Positions 46,514 to 55,967 of a stretch of 64,000 nucleotides of DNA are shown here, piece by piece. The notes under the pieces were generated by a model. The model ran no database searches, was not told where the DNA came from, and worked only from the letters and a program-made list of their open reading frames with translations. How positions within the stretch are numbered: the first letter of the stretch is position 1; every line of letters begins with the position of its first letter. Location of the stretch: contig JAKQKE010000294.1 in NCBI GenBank assembly GCA_029560805.1, forward strand, positions 416-64,415, read 5' to 3'. Source of the stretch: Spirochaetota bacterium. GTDB lineage: Bacteria; Spirochaetota; Spirochaetia; Treponematales; UBA12059. Both the position numbers and the translations under genes were made by a program.

Positions 46514-47236
46514 ATGAAGCGTAGCATTTGCGCGTTCGTCGTTTTGGCCGTGCTAGCCTCGGTCCCCGTATGGAGCCAGACGGCCTCGAGCGGGGAGCGC
46601 ACCGTCGAGGAGTCGTACCTGCAGGATCCGCTCGAGACGATGATCATCCGCGAGCAGGCCTACTCCGACAGCAAGGACATGAAGCTCGTGGCGCTTCAGT
46701 ACATCCGCCAGGCGCTCGAGGAGGGTCGAGCCAGTCCCGAGGTCCGCAAGGCCCTCGAGTACCTGGCCCTCGAGAGTTCCACCACCGTGATACGGGCCGG
46801 GGGCGTCGGCCGCGTCCTCAATAACTATCCCGACGTGCGACGCGAGGCCTGCCTCATGCTCGGCGAGATCAAGACCGTCGAGGCCAAGGACGCGCTCCTC
46901 AAGGTCGCGCTGGCCGATAACGAGCCCATGGTCATAGCTGCGGCCCTCCGTTCCATCGGCAAGATAGGCATCATGGACGGTGACGACGTGACGCAGACCA
47001 TTGCTTTCGTGGTCAACCGTTTCGACATCCTGTTCCCCGACAACAGCCTGGCCTTCGAGAGCCTCGTCGCGCTCGAGGCGCTCGCCGAGGCGAACGGCGG
47101 CATCAAGGACCCCGCGGCGATTCGCGCGATCATGAAGATCGCCGACGGTTCCTATATTACCCCGGTCAGGCAGAAGGCCAAGGATCTGTTAACGAAGCTC
47201 AGAAAGTACTCCGGTTCGTCCGGCTCCGGTAAATAG
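46514..47236 (+). CDS. Secreted HEAT-repeat (PBS-lyase-like) protein
   Basis: Trimmed to ATG 46514 (GGAGG RBS; signal peptide MKRSICAFVVLAVLASVPVWSQ). HEAT units such as DVRREACLMLGEI and EPMVIAAALRSIGKIG. Confidence 0.7.
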   Translation: MKRSICAFVVLAVLASVPVWSQTASSGERTVEESYLQDPLETMIIREQAYSDSKDMKLVALQYIRQALEEGRASPEVRKALEYLALESSTTVIRAGGVGRVLNNYPDVRREACLMLGEIKTVEAKDALLKVALADNEPMVIAAALRSIGKIGIMDGDDVTQTIAFVVNRFDILFPDNSLAFESLVALEALAEANGGIKDPAAIRAIMKIADGSYITPVRQKAKDLLTKLRKYSGSSGSGK

Positions 47237-47254
47237 TCCGGAGCGGCGCGAAAA

Positions 47255-47286
47255 GGTCGGCGCTCGATTGGCGCCGGCCTTTTTTT
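47255..47286 (+). terminator. Rho-independent terminator (GC hairpin plus T7)
   Basis: GGTCGGCGC TCGATT GGCGCCGGCC followed by TTTTTTT. Confidence 0.7.
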
Positions 47287-47351
47287 ACCTCGCCGCCCGA
47301 AAGCGGTATATTAAACTTAGACGCGAATGCTATCGCGCCGGGGAGGCTATC

Positions 47352-47507
47352 ATGGATGTGGATGGAGTGGTTCCGAGCCTTCCGCCGAGGCCCCTTCCCG
47401 ATCGCGGCCTACCGACGGAACGGCCGCCCGAACCGGAACCGGTTCCCGAGCCGGAGCAACCGCCGAGCGACGAAGGCAACGGCACGATGCTCGACCTGTA
47501 CGCCTAG
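47352..47507 (+). CDS. Stand-alone 51-aa Pro/Glu-rich micro-protein (hypothetical)
   Basis: MDVDGVVPSLPPRPLPDRGLPTERPPEPEPVPEPEQPPSDEGNGTMLDLYA. GGGAGG lies 5 nt upstream. Candidate promoter TTTACC-17-TATATT (47284..47312). A 13-bp hairpin follows downstream (47519..47566). Confidence 0.35.
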   Translation: MDVDGVVPSLPPRPLPDRGLPTERPPEPEPVPEPEQPPSDEGNGTMLDLYA

Positions 47508-47583
47508 CTATACGAAAAGACCGCGACCTACAACGCTCGCCGAGGGCTTCGTCGTAGGTCGCGGTCCGTTCTTCGCGCGTTCT

Positions 47584-47657
<74 letters not shown>

Positions 47658-47734
47658 GACAGGCTAAGTAGTACGCCAGAACGAGCACCATTGTCAACCT
47701 TCCATCCCGAGTAGCTTTCGTGTAGCATCGCGTC

Positions 47735-48340
47735 ATGGTAACTGGAACAGGATGCTTTTTGGAGCCGCTGCTTCTTGCCAGCTCCTCGCCGCGCAGGATA
47801 GAGACGCTCCGCGGCTACGGGTTCCCTCTTGTCGTATCGCCGGCCGATGTGGACGAGTCGTCGTACGATGCGCTACCAGTCGGCGAGCGCGTGCAGGCGC
47901 TCGCCGAGCTGAAGGTACGCGTCGGGGCCGCCGCAGCGCCGGAACCGCCGTTCTGGGCGCTCGGCGCCGATACGCTCGTAGCGCTCGATGGCGAGGCGTA
48001 CGGCAAGCCCGCTGACGAGGCCGAGGCCCGAGCCATGCTACGCTCCCTCTCGGGCAGGACTCATCAGGTGTTGTCAGGCCTCTGCGCCCTGGACCGGCGG
48101 ACGGGGCGGGTCGAGAAGGCGATTTCCGAGACCGCGGTCACCTTCTCGGCTCTGGGCGAGCGCGAGCTCGACTGGTATATCGCCTCGGGAGAGTGGCGCG
48201 GCGTCGCGGGCGCCTATCGCATCCAGGAGCGAGCCGCGTTCTTCGTCGAGCGTATCGATGGCTCGTATTCTGGGGTCGTGGGCTTGCCACTCCATGCGTT
48301 TTATGCCATCCTATCGCGGATAGGCTACCCGATTCCGTAG
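47735..48340 (+). CDS. maf: Maf-like nucleoside triphosphate pyrophosphatase
   Basis: LLLASSSPRRIETL, GADTLV, GAYRIQ. Confidence 0.85.
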   Translation: MVTGTGCFLEPLLLASSSPRRIETLRGYGFPLVVSPADVDESSYDALPVGERVQALAELKVRVGAAAAPEPPFWALGADTLVALDGEAYGKPADEAEARAMLRSLSGRTHQVLSGLCALDRRTGRVEKAISETAVTFSALGERELDWYIASGEWRGVAGAYRIQERAAFFVERIDGSYSGVVGLPLHAFYAILSRIGYPIP

Positions 48341-48489
48341 GAAAAAGGGCCTGTCTCGTCGTCCCGGGCGCACGCGCCACAGGCCGATGAATCTTCCGTC
48401 GATCCATGGTCGCCTCGCGCGGCTATCCATATCGACGAGAACAAGCGAAGGGGGCTCCCGCCCGAACGCGGGGGCCGATGGAGGAACAC

Positions 48490-49365
48490 GTGGCCGTAGT
48501 CACCATGAAGAGCCTTTTGGAGTCCGGAGTCCATTTCGGGCACCAGGTCAAGCGCTGGGATCCGCGCATGAAGAAATTTATCTTCGCCGAGCGGAACGGC
48601 ATCCATATCATCGATCTGCAGAAGACGATCCAGTCGATTAAGGAAGCCTATGACGTGGTCCGCAAGACGGTCGCGTCCGGCAAGCCGGTGTTGTTCGTCG
48701 GCACCAAGAAACAGGCCCAGCAGGCCATTCAGAAGGAAGCCGAGCGCTGCGAGCAGTTCTATGTGAACAATCGTTGGCTGGGCGGTATGCTCACCAACTT
48801 CGCGACCGTACGAAAGTCGATCGAGCGCCTGATCAAGCTCGAGAAGGAAGACTTCTCTAGCTTCACCAAGAAAGAACAAGCCCAGCTCCAGAAGGAGAAG
48901 GCCAAGCTCGAGAAGAACCTTTCCGGCATCAAGGGCATGACGAAGCTCCCTGGCGTCATCTTCGTGATCGACACCCGCAAGGAAGCCATCGCCGTAGCCG
49001 AGGCCCAGCGCCTGGGGATCCCGATCGTCGCCGTCGTCGATACCAACTGCAACCCCGAGGGCATCGATTACCCCATCCCCGGAAACGACGACGCCATCCG
49101 CTCGATCTCCCTGTTCACGCAGATCATCGCCAATGCGGTCGTCGAGGCCGAGAGCGAGACCGGCCTCAAGATCATCGAGACCCTGCAGGACGAGGATGGC
49201 GCCGAGGAAGAGGCCAAGGCCGCGGTAGAGGACGAAGAGGAAGAAGTCGAGGTCGACCCGGCTACCTACAGCGCCGAACCGGCCGCCTCGGCCGCTTCCG
49301 AGGTAGCCGCCGAAGGCGCTGCCGAGGAGCCCATCGTCGAGGAAGACAAGTACTACGAGAAATAA
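48490..49365 (+). CDS. rpsB: 30S ribosomal protein S2 with an acidic C-terminal extension
   Basis: Best start is GTG 48490 (GGAGGA upstream), giving [30 protein letters not shown] 48478 is an alternative. Confidence 0.9.
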   Translation: MAVVTMKSLLESGVHFGHQVKRWDPRMKKFIFAERNGIHIIDLQKTIQSIKEAYDVVRKTVASGKPVLFVGTKKQAQQAIQKEAERCEQFYVNNRWLGGMLTNFATVRKSIERLIKLEKEDFSSFTKKEQAQLQKEKAKLEKNLSGIKGMTKLPGVIFVIDTRKEAIAVAEAQRLGIPIVAVVDTNCNPEGIDYPIPGNDDAIRSISLFTQIIANAVVEAESETGLKIIETLQDEDGAEEEAKAAVEDEEEEVEVDPATYSAEPAASAASEVAAEGAAEEPIVEEDKYYEK

Positions 49366-49375
49366 GGAGCATACC

Positions 49376-50230
49376 GTGGATATAAAGGCTAGCGACATAA
49401 AGAACCTGCGCGAGAAAACCGGCGCGGGTATGATGGACTGCAAGAAAGCTCTCGTAGAAGCCGAGGGCGACTTCAATCTGGCCGAGCGGAAGCTCAAGGA
49501 GTGGGGCCTCGCGGGCGTCGCCAAGCGCTCCGGCCGCGCCACCAACGAGGGCCGTGTCTTTATCGCCGAGGGCGCCGACGCCATCGCGGTCGTCGAGATC
49601 GCCTGCGAGACCGACTTCGTGTGCCGCAACGATGACTTTATCGCAGGTGGCGATCGCATGGCCAAGCTTGCCCTCGCTAAGGGCTATGCGTCGGCCAACG
49701 ACGAGCTCGAGGCCATCGTCAAGGATATGGCGAGCGTCATCAAGGAGAACATCACGCTCAAGAGCGTCACGCTGGTCAAGGCCGGCGCCGCCGAGTACGT
49801 CCACTCCTACGTCCACGGCGAGGGCAAGCTCGCCGTCGTCGTCAAGATGAGGGCTGACAAGGCCGAGGCGTTCAAGAACGCTTCGGTAACCGGGTTTGTC
49901 CATGACCTGGCCCTGCACGTGGCGGCCTTCAGGCCAATGTTCGTCGACCAGGGACGCATCGGCGCCGACTGGATCAAGGAGCAGCAGGAGATCTTCCAGA
50001 AGCAGGTCGAGGGCGACGAGAAGATGGTCGGCAAGCCCGCCAAGGTCATCGAGGGCATCCTCGCCGGCAAGCTTAAGAAGCTGATGAGCGAGATCTGCCT
50101 GGTCGACCAGGGCTTCGTCAAGGACGAGAAGCAGACCGTGGCCGCGGTGATGGCCTCGATCGCCAAGGCCGCCGGAACGCAGCTGTCGATCGTCGACTAC
50201 GCCTACATCAAGGTCGGGGACAACCAGTAA
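49376..50230 (+). CDS. tsf: Elongation factor Ts
   Basis: GTG start after AAGGAG. IKNLREKTGAGMMDCKKALVEAEGD. Confidence 0.95.
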   Translation: MDIKASDIKNLREKTGAGMMDCKKALVEAEGDFNLAERKLKEWGLAGVAKRSGRATNEGRVFIAEGADAIAVVEIACETDFVCRNDDFIAGGDRMAKLALAKGYASANDELEAIVKDMASVIKENITLKSVTLVKAGAAEYVHSYVHGEGKLAVVVKMRADKAEAFKNASVTGFVHDLALHVAAFRPMFVDQGRIGADWIKEQQEIFQKQVEGDEKMVGKPAKVIEGILAGKLKKLMSEICLVDQGFVKDEKQTVAAVMASIAKAAGTQLSIVDYAYIKVGDNQ

Positions 50231-50312
50231 GGTCCATGGCCGCCCCCAGCCTCGCGGCCGGGGCGGCTTCGTCATGAGCGGATCCGGCACCGGATCCTCG
50301 AAAGGGAGCGCA

Positions 50313-50855
50313 ATGGAAGACATCAAGAACGCGTGCGAAGAGCGCATGAAGAAAACCGTAGCCTCGCTCAAGGACGATTTCGCGGCTATTCGCACCGGCC
50401 GCGCCTCGCCGTCCATCCTCGACAAGCTTCGCGTCGACTACTACGGCCAGAAATCGCCGATATCGCAGGTAGCGACCGTATCCGTACCCGAGGCTAGGCT
50501 CATCGTCGTCCAGCCTTGGGATCGGGCGCTGATCGTCGAGATCGAGAAGGCCATCCAGAAGTCCGAGCTCGGCCTCAACCCGTCGAACGACGGCAAGGTG
50601 ATACGCATCGCCATCCCCCCGCTCACCGAGCAGCGCCGCAAGGAGCTCGTCAAGAGCGCCAAGTCCAGTGCCGAAACCTCGCGGGTAGGCATCCGCAACA
50701 TCAGGCGGGACGGACTCGAGGACATCAAGAAGGCCGGAGCTCCCGAGGACGAGGTCAAGAAGGCCGAGGACGAGCTTCAGAAGCTGACCGACTCGTTCAT
50801 CGCCCAGATTAACAAGGTTCTCGAGGATAAAGAGAAGGAAATCCTGGAAGTCTGA
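50313..50855 (+). CDS. frr: Ribosome recycling factor
   Basis: Trimmed to ATG 50313 (AGGGAG RBS). IRTGRASPSILDKLRVDYYG. Confidence 0.9.
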   Translation: MEDIKNACEERMKKTVASLKDDFAAIRTGRASPSILDKLRVDYYGQKSPISQVATVSVPEARLIVVQPWDRALIVEIEKAIQKSELGLNPSNDGKVIRIAIPPLTEQRRKELVKSAKSSAETSRVGIRNIRRDGLEDIKKAGAPEDEVKKAEDELQKLTDSFIAQINKVLEDKEKEILEV

Positions 50856-50857
50856 GT

Positions 50858-51556
50858 ATGCAGCCTACACTAGCCCGATCAGTTCCGGCGCACGTCGCCG
50901 TTTTCATGGACGGCAACGGGCGTTGGGCCAAAGCTCGAGGCTTGCCGAGGACGGATGGCCATCGCGAGGGGCTCAAGGCGGCTAAGCGCGTCGTGAAGGC
51001 CGCCAAGGATGCCGGCGTCCGCTACCTGACGTTGTATACCTTCAGTACCGAGAATTGGAAACGTGCTCAGGAAGAGGTTAAATTCCTCATGGGCCTGGTC
51101 AGCACCTACCTCTGCGCCGAGCTCGACTTCTATCGCGAGAACGGAGTGCGGGTCGTTCATTCCGGCGACGACGAAGGCCTGCCGACGGACGTGCGCGAGG
51201 CGCTCGAGCGCGTATCGGACGACACCGCGGGCTTCGACGGCATCGTCGTCAACCTGGCCATCAACTACGGCGGCCGCGACGAGATCCTCCGGGCCGTTTC
51301 GAAGCTCCCGGACGGGGTGCGCGCGTATAGCGCCGAAGAATTCCGCGCCTGTCTCGACCTGCCCGACTTCCCTGACCCGGATCTGATAATCAGGGCTGGG
51401 GGCGAGCTACGCCTTTCCAATTTCCTACTCTGGCAGGCCGCATATTCGGAGCTGTACTTCTCCGACGTGCTGTGGCCCGACTGGAACGCTACCCATCTAG
51501 AAGCGGCTCTCGCCGAGTACGCCCGCAGGGAGCGCAGATACGGTGACGCTCGATGA
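50858..51556 (+). CDS. uppS: Undecaprenyl-diphosphate synthase
   Basis: HVAVFMDGNGRWA, YLTLYTFSTENWKR, RLSNFLLWQAAYSELYF. Confidence 0.95.
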   Translation: MQPTLARSVPAHVAVFMDGNGRWAKARGLPRTDGHREGLKAAKRVVKAAKDAGVRYLTLYTFSTENWKRAQEEVKFLMGLVSTYLCAELDFYRENGVRVVHSGDDEGLPTDVREALERVSDDTAGFDGIVVNLAINYGGRDEILRAVSKLPDGVRAYSAEEFRACLDLPDFPDPDLIIRAGGELRLSNFLLWQAAYSELYFSDVLWPDWNATHLEAALAEYARRERRYGDAR

Positions 51557-52425
51557 GTAACTTCTCTACCCGCATACTGTTCGTCGGCGCGGCCATCCCC
51601 GCGCTGTTCGCCCTGGCCGCCTACGTTCCGTTCATGGATCACCTGCCGCTGGCCATCCTCGTACTGGCTTTCGCGGCGGGCTCAGGCGTCGAGCTGCGGC
51701 GCATCGTGGAGCCATCGGCCGCCAAGCCCAGGACCGTCCTGGCGGCGCTGTTCGCCGCCCTGCCAAGCGCGGTCGTCTACGCCGTGAGGCAGGCCCGTCC
51801 CGAGGCTGGCCTGGCCGCCTCGTGGCTCGCGCCGGTGGCCGGCGTCTCGATAGGCTTGTTCCTGATCTCAGCCCTGCCCATCGCGCTGCCGAGGAAGGCC
51901 GATAATGTACGCGCCTCGGTAGCGATAGCCACGGCCAACGCGTTCTATCTGCTGTATCCCGGCGCCCTCGCCTCGACCATCATCGTCATACTCGGCTCCA
52001 CGGCGGAGTCCGGCCTCCTTTTAATATGGTTCGCTACCGTCGTCTTCGGGAACGATAGCCTGGCTTGGCTGGCCGGCGTGACCCTCGGCCGTAGGCGCGG
52101 CATCTTCACCGTGTCCCCGAACAAGAGCCTCGAGGGGCTCCTGGCCGGGATGGCCGGCAGCGTCGGGTTCGCGTTCCTTGGCCCGGTCCTGCTACCGGGA
52201 ATCGTGCCTCGTTCCTGGCCGACGCTCCTGGCCCTCGGCCTGGCCTGCGGCGTCGCTGTCGTCGCCGGCGACTTGTTCGAATCGGCGATCAAGCGGAGCG
52301 CGGGCGTCAAGGATTCGGGCTCCATCGTCCCCGGGCGAGGCGGGATACTCGACTCGTTCGACAGCCTGCTATTCGCCGCGCCGGTTTTCATAGGCGTATT
52401 GGCCGCCGCCGGCGTAGCGCTGTGA
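51553..52425 (+). CDS. cdsA: Phosphatidate cytidylyltransferase (signature variant)
   Basis: Polytopic membrane protein. The C-terminal segment is SAIKRSAGVKDSGSIVPGRGGILDSFDS. ATGA overlap with uppS. Confidence 0.85.
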   Translation: MSNFSTRILFVGAAIPALFALAAYVPFMDHLPLAILVLAFAAGSGVELRRIVEPSAAKPRTVLAALFAALPSAVVYAVRQARPEAGLAASWLAPVAGVSIGLFLISALPIALPRKADNVRASVAIATANAFYLLYPGALASTIIVILGSTAESGLLLIWFATVVFGNDSLAWLAGVTLGRRRGIFTVSPNKSLEGLLAGMAGSVGFAFLGPVLLPGIVPRSWPTLLALGLACGVAVVAGDLFESAIKRSAGVKDSGSIVPGRGGILDSFDSLLFAAPVFIGVLAAAGVAL

Positions 52426-52444
52426 TACGCCGGGAAGGACGGGC

Positions 52445-53581
52445 GTGATCTCTATCCGACGCGTCATCATCATAGGCGCGACCGGCTCCATAGGGCGGCA
52501 GGCGATCGACGTCGTCGCCCGACACCCCGACCGCTTCTCCGTGGTCGGACTGTCGGCCCATTCCGACGAGGACGGCCTCGTGGCGGCCTCGTGCCATTTC
52601 CCCGGCGCTGCCTTATGCCTGAGCTCGCGGTCGCCCAGGTCGGGGGCCATAGCCTTCAGCGGAATCGGTGGCCTAAGCGCCCTCGTCCGCGATACCGACG
52701 CGGATATAGTCTTGAACGCCGCCTCAGGCGCCGCCGGGCTGTCGGTATCCTTCGACGCCCTCTCGTCCGGCAAGGATCTCGCGCTAGCCAACAAGGAGAC
52801 GGTCGTGATGGCCGGCCGGCTCGCCTTCGCCGCCGCCCGTCGGGCCAGCCGCCTGATCCTCCCGGTCGACTCGGAGCATTCGGCCATCTTCAATATGATC
52901 GAGCGCTTCGGTCGGGAAACCGTACGCGGGGTCGTCATCACGGCGTCGGGAGGCGCCTTCCGCGACGAGCCGCTCGAGTCGCTACCCGGCAAGAAGCCCA
53001 CGGACGCCCTCGCCCACCCTACCTGGAGCATGGGCGCAAAGATCACCGTCGATTCGGCGACGATGGCGAATAAGGGCCTCGAGGTGATCGAGGCCGCGAG
53101 GCTGTTCGGCCTGACGGGAGCGGAGATCGATGTGGTGTTGCATCCCGAAAGCCGCGTCCACTCGTTCATCCGTGCCAGGGATGGTTCCCTCTACGCCCAG
53201 ATGTCGAGGCCCGATATGCGCCTGCCTATCCTGAACGCGCTCGCTTGGCCCGAATCGGTCGACGAATCGGTCGCCGACATGGACCCCTGCGACGTTCCCC
53301 TGCGTTTCTCGCGCCCCGATCCCGAGCGCTACCCCCTGCTCCGTACGGCCTACGACGCTCTCGCCTCCGGCGAGGGCTCGACCGACGCCTACAACGCCGC
53401 GAACGAAGTCGCGGTCGCGGCGTTCATGGACGGCGCGATACGCTTTACCGACATTGCCCGCGTCGTCTCGCGGACCCTGGAGCGCGCGTATCCGCCGACG
53501 CTCGAAGGGCTCGAGGCGGTGCTGGCCGTCGACGCCGACGCCAGGCGCGTCGCCCGATCGATAGTCAAGGAGATCTCATGA
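52445..53581 (+). CDS. dxr: 1-deoxy-D-xylulose 5-phosphate reductoisomerase
   Basis: GTG start. IIGATGSIGRQA, LANKETVV, DSEHSAIF. Confidence 0.95.
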   Translation: MISIRRVIIIGATGSIGRQAIDVVARHPDRFSVVGLSAHSDEDGLVAASCHFPGAALCLSSRSPRSGAIAFSGIGGLSALVRDTDADIVLNAASGAAGLSVSFDALSSGKDLALANKETVVMAGRLAFAAARRASRLILPVDSEHSAIFNMIERFGRETVRGVVITASGGAFRDEPLESLPGKKPTDALAHPTWSMGAKITVDSATMANKGLEVIEAARLFGLTGAEIDVVLHPESRVHSFIRARDGSLYAQMSRPDMRLPILNALAWPESVDESVADMDPCDVPLRFSRPDPERYPLLRTAYDALASGEGSTDAYNAANEVAVAAFMDGAIRFTDIARVVSRTLERAYPPTLEGLEAVLAVDADARRVARSIVKEIS

Positions 53582-54936
53582 CCATCGCCACCATAGCGCT
53601 CGGCCTCGTCGGGCTCGGCTTCGTCGTATTCTTCCATGAGCTGGGGCATTTTATAATGGCCAGGCTCGTCGGCGTCGAAGTCGAAGAATTCTCCATCGGA
53701 ATGGGGCCACGGCTCCTCTCCAGGCGCTTTGGCAAGACGGCGTACACCCTGTCGTCCCTGCCGATTGGCGGTTATTGTAGAATGAAGGGCGAAGACTCGT
53801 TCAAGAAGGCCATCGAACAGGGTCTGAACGAGTTCCCCCGCGAGAGCGGCAGCTACTTCGGCGCCGCGCCGCTCAAGCGCATCCTCATAGCGCTCGGCGG
53901 GCCCTTCGCCAACGTCGTCCTGGCTTTCATCCTCTACGCGGCCATAGCCGGAGCCGGTTACGAGACGCGTAGCTGGGAGAATCGCATCGTACTGGCGAGC
54001 GACACCGACGGCAGCTCGTATCCGGCGGACCGGGCCGGGCTGGCGAGCGGTGACAGGATAGTCGCGATCGGCGGCGAAGCCGTATCGTCGTTCTCGGAGA
54101 TCCAGGAGGCCATCGCGCTGTCCGCCAGGAAGCCGATACCGTTGACGGTCGATCGCCATGGCGAGTCGTTCAGCCTGGTCGTCGAGCCTGAGCTCGACGC
54201 TGGCTCGGGCGCTGGCAGGGTCGGCGTGTATCCATGGATAGAGCCCGTGGTCGAGACGGTCGCGCCTGACGGGGCCGCCGCCCTCGCCGGCCTGAGGCCG
54301 GGCGACAGGATCGTGGCTATAAACGGCGAGCCGGCTATCCACGGGGTCGCGATAGCCTCGCGGCTCGAAGCCGATAGACCGGCCAAGATAACGGTAGCCT
54401 ACGAGCGCGGCGGTTTCATCGCCGAGACGACCGTAGTGCTGGCGTACTCGGAGGAGCGCGGCGCCGACTTGGGCGTCGGCTGGAAGTCGACCGTCTCCAA
54501 GATACAGGCGGAGAGCCTCGGCCAGGCTATGGTCATGGGCGTCGACGAGACGGCTGATACCATAAGCGCGACCTATCGAGGCATCGCGTCGCTATTCATG
54601 GGCGTGAACCTGCTCCAAGCAGTCTCGGGTCCGGCGCGTATTACCTGGATGGTCGGCACGGTGGCCAAGAGTGGGCTGACTGATGGAACGGTTGGCGGTT
54701 TCTCGACGCTGCTGGGCTTCCTGGCCATACTGTCGATCGGCTTGTTCGCTATGAATCTGCTACCCATTCCGCTGCTCGACGGCGGTTCGATCGCCCTGTT
54801 CGTCGTCGAGCTCGTCAGGCGCAAGGCGCCCAAGGTCAAGACGGTGCTCAGGTACCAGACCATCGGCCTGGTCGCCGTCGCGGCCCTGTTCCTACTATCG
54901 ACGATAGGCGACGTCCTGTTCTTCTCCGGACGTTAG
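53578..54936 (+). CDS. rseP: RIP zinc metalloprotease RseP (S2P family) with PDZ domains
   Basis: Trimmed to ATG 53578 (AAGGAG RBS; ATGA overlap with dxr). Motifs HELGHF and NLLPIPLLDGG. Confidence 0.9.
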   Translation: MTIATIALGLVGLGFVVFFHELGHFIMARLVGVEVEEFSIGMGPRLLSRRFGKTAYTLSSLPIGGYCRMKGEDSFKKAIEQGLNEFPRESGSYFGAAPLKRILIALGGPFANVVLAFILYAAIAGAGYETRSWENRIVLASDTDGSSYPADRAGLASGDRIVAIGGEAVSSFSEIQEAIALSARKPIPLTVDRHGESFSLVVEPELDAGSGAGRVGVYPWIEPVVETVAPDGAAALAGLRPGDRIVAINGEPAIHGVAIASRLEADRPAKITVAYERGGFIAETTVVLAYSEERGADLGVGWKSTVSKIQAESLGQAMVMGVDETADTISATYRGIASLFMGVNLLQAVSGPARITWMVGTVAKSGLTDGTVGGFSTLLGFLAILSIGLFAMNLLPIPLLDGGSIALFVVELVRRKAPKVKTVLRYQTIGLVAVAALFLLSTIGDVLFFSGR

Positions 54937-54970
54937 CGATATACCCTATAGTATTGTGACGGAGGGTGCC

Positions 54971-55594
54971 ATGAAGAAGATAATCTGCCGCTGCGACGCC
55001 GAGGTCGAGGTGGACGCGCCCGATCTGCTCGACCTCGACGCGGATCCGGCCATGCTGGGGCGACTGGCGCGCGGCGACTCGCCTTCGGCCGCGTGTCCAC
55101 GCTGCGGCGCGATCGTCAGGGCGGAGCTGCCTTTGAAGGTGCGGTCGGCCTCGCGCGGCGTAGATATCGTCGTGCTACCCGAGATTGAACGTTTGGCCAC
55201 CTATCGCGGCAAGGCCGACCCAACCGGAAGCGCCGAGATACTGCTCGGCTATCAAGAGCTGTTCGAGCGCTCCAGGATGCTGAGCGACGGCCTCGACCCC
55301 AGCTGCGTCGAGGCGCTCAAGTACGCGCTTCAGGGCAAGGCCGAGGAGACGGAGCCGAAGGCCGAGATCAGCGTGTTCTATAACGGGGTATCGGGCGGCT
55401 CGCTCGAGTTCCATATCCTCGGGCTGAAGTCCGGCCAGGCGGGCGTCGTCAGGCTACCGAGGGCGTCATACGACCGCATAGCGGGCGACCTGCCCGCGAC
55501 GATCTCCAAGGAACCGTTCAAGGGAATCTTCGCCGGCCGCTACCGCTCGATCAAGAAGCTAGGCTTCCTGTCATCGGCCAACGGCGCGGACTAA
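54971..55594 (+). CDS. CpXC-like zinc-ribbon domain protein
   Basis: ATG 54971 after GGAGGG. The stretch IICRCDAEVEVDAPDLLDLDADPAMLGRLARGD....CPRCGAIVRAELPL matches the CpXC layout, with a degenerate first pair. Confidence 0.55.
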   Translation: MKKIICRCDAEVEVDAPDLLDLDADPAMLGRLARGDSPSAACPRCGAIVRAELPLKVRSASRGVDIVVLPEIERLATYRGKADPTGSAEILLGYQELFERSRMLSDGLDPSCVEALKYALQGKAEETEPKAEISVFYNGVSGGSLEFHILGLKSGQAGVVRLPRASYDRIAGDLPATISKEPFKGIFAGRYRSIKKLGFLSSANGAD

Positions 55595-55625
55595 CGCGCG
55601 GGGCGGACTAACGCGCGGGGCGGAC
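55587..55625. repeat. 17-bp tandem duplication (CGGACTAACGCGCGGGG x2.3) spanning the stop codon
   Basis: Copies at 55587..55603 and 55604..55620, with a partial third copy. Confidence 0.85.
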
Positions 55626-55648
55626 CGAGGCGCGGCGCGCCCTTCCCG

Positions 55649-55945
55649 CTAGCTGTGGGAGGGGTTGCGTCCGACCTTCCGCACGGCGGCCGCCACGGCT
55701 ATGCGTACCTGGTCGGCGTACTCTCCGGATTCCGCCGCATGGGCGTACATGGTGCCGAGCAGCGACGCGTGGTAGCGAGGCTCCAGCGAGTTGAGCGCCA
55801 GGGCGGCCATGTCGACGACGCAGTCCTGGCAGACGCAGATGCCGTCGCCCTCGGCGGTATCGAGCACGCGTCCCAGCTCGTCGAGCACCATGCGCTCCGC
55901 GTCGTTGACGAGGAAGCTCAGGTCGTAGCCTTTTGCGATATCCAT
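55649..55945 (-). CDS. ComFB-family protein
   Basis: Trimmed to ATG 55945 (GGAGGA RBS). ERMVLDELGRVL......GICVCQDCVVDMAALALNSLEPRY matches the ComFB Cys-motif layout. Confidence 0.7.
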   Translation of the reverse strand: MDIAKGYDLSFLVNDAERMVLDELGRVLDTAEGDGICVCQDCVVDMAALALNSLEPRYHASLLGTMYAHAAESGEYADQVRIAVAAAVRKVGRNPSHS

Positions 55946-55967
55946 GCGGATCCTCCGTAGGCCGAGT

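Noticed and set aside
47268-47351. Longer 79-aa version of the micro-ORF, starting at 47268.
   Set aside because: That start lies inside the upstream terminator hairpin and T-tract, ahead of the candidate promoter. The internal ATG 47352 has a GGGAGG RBS.
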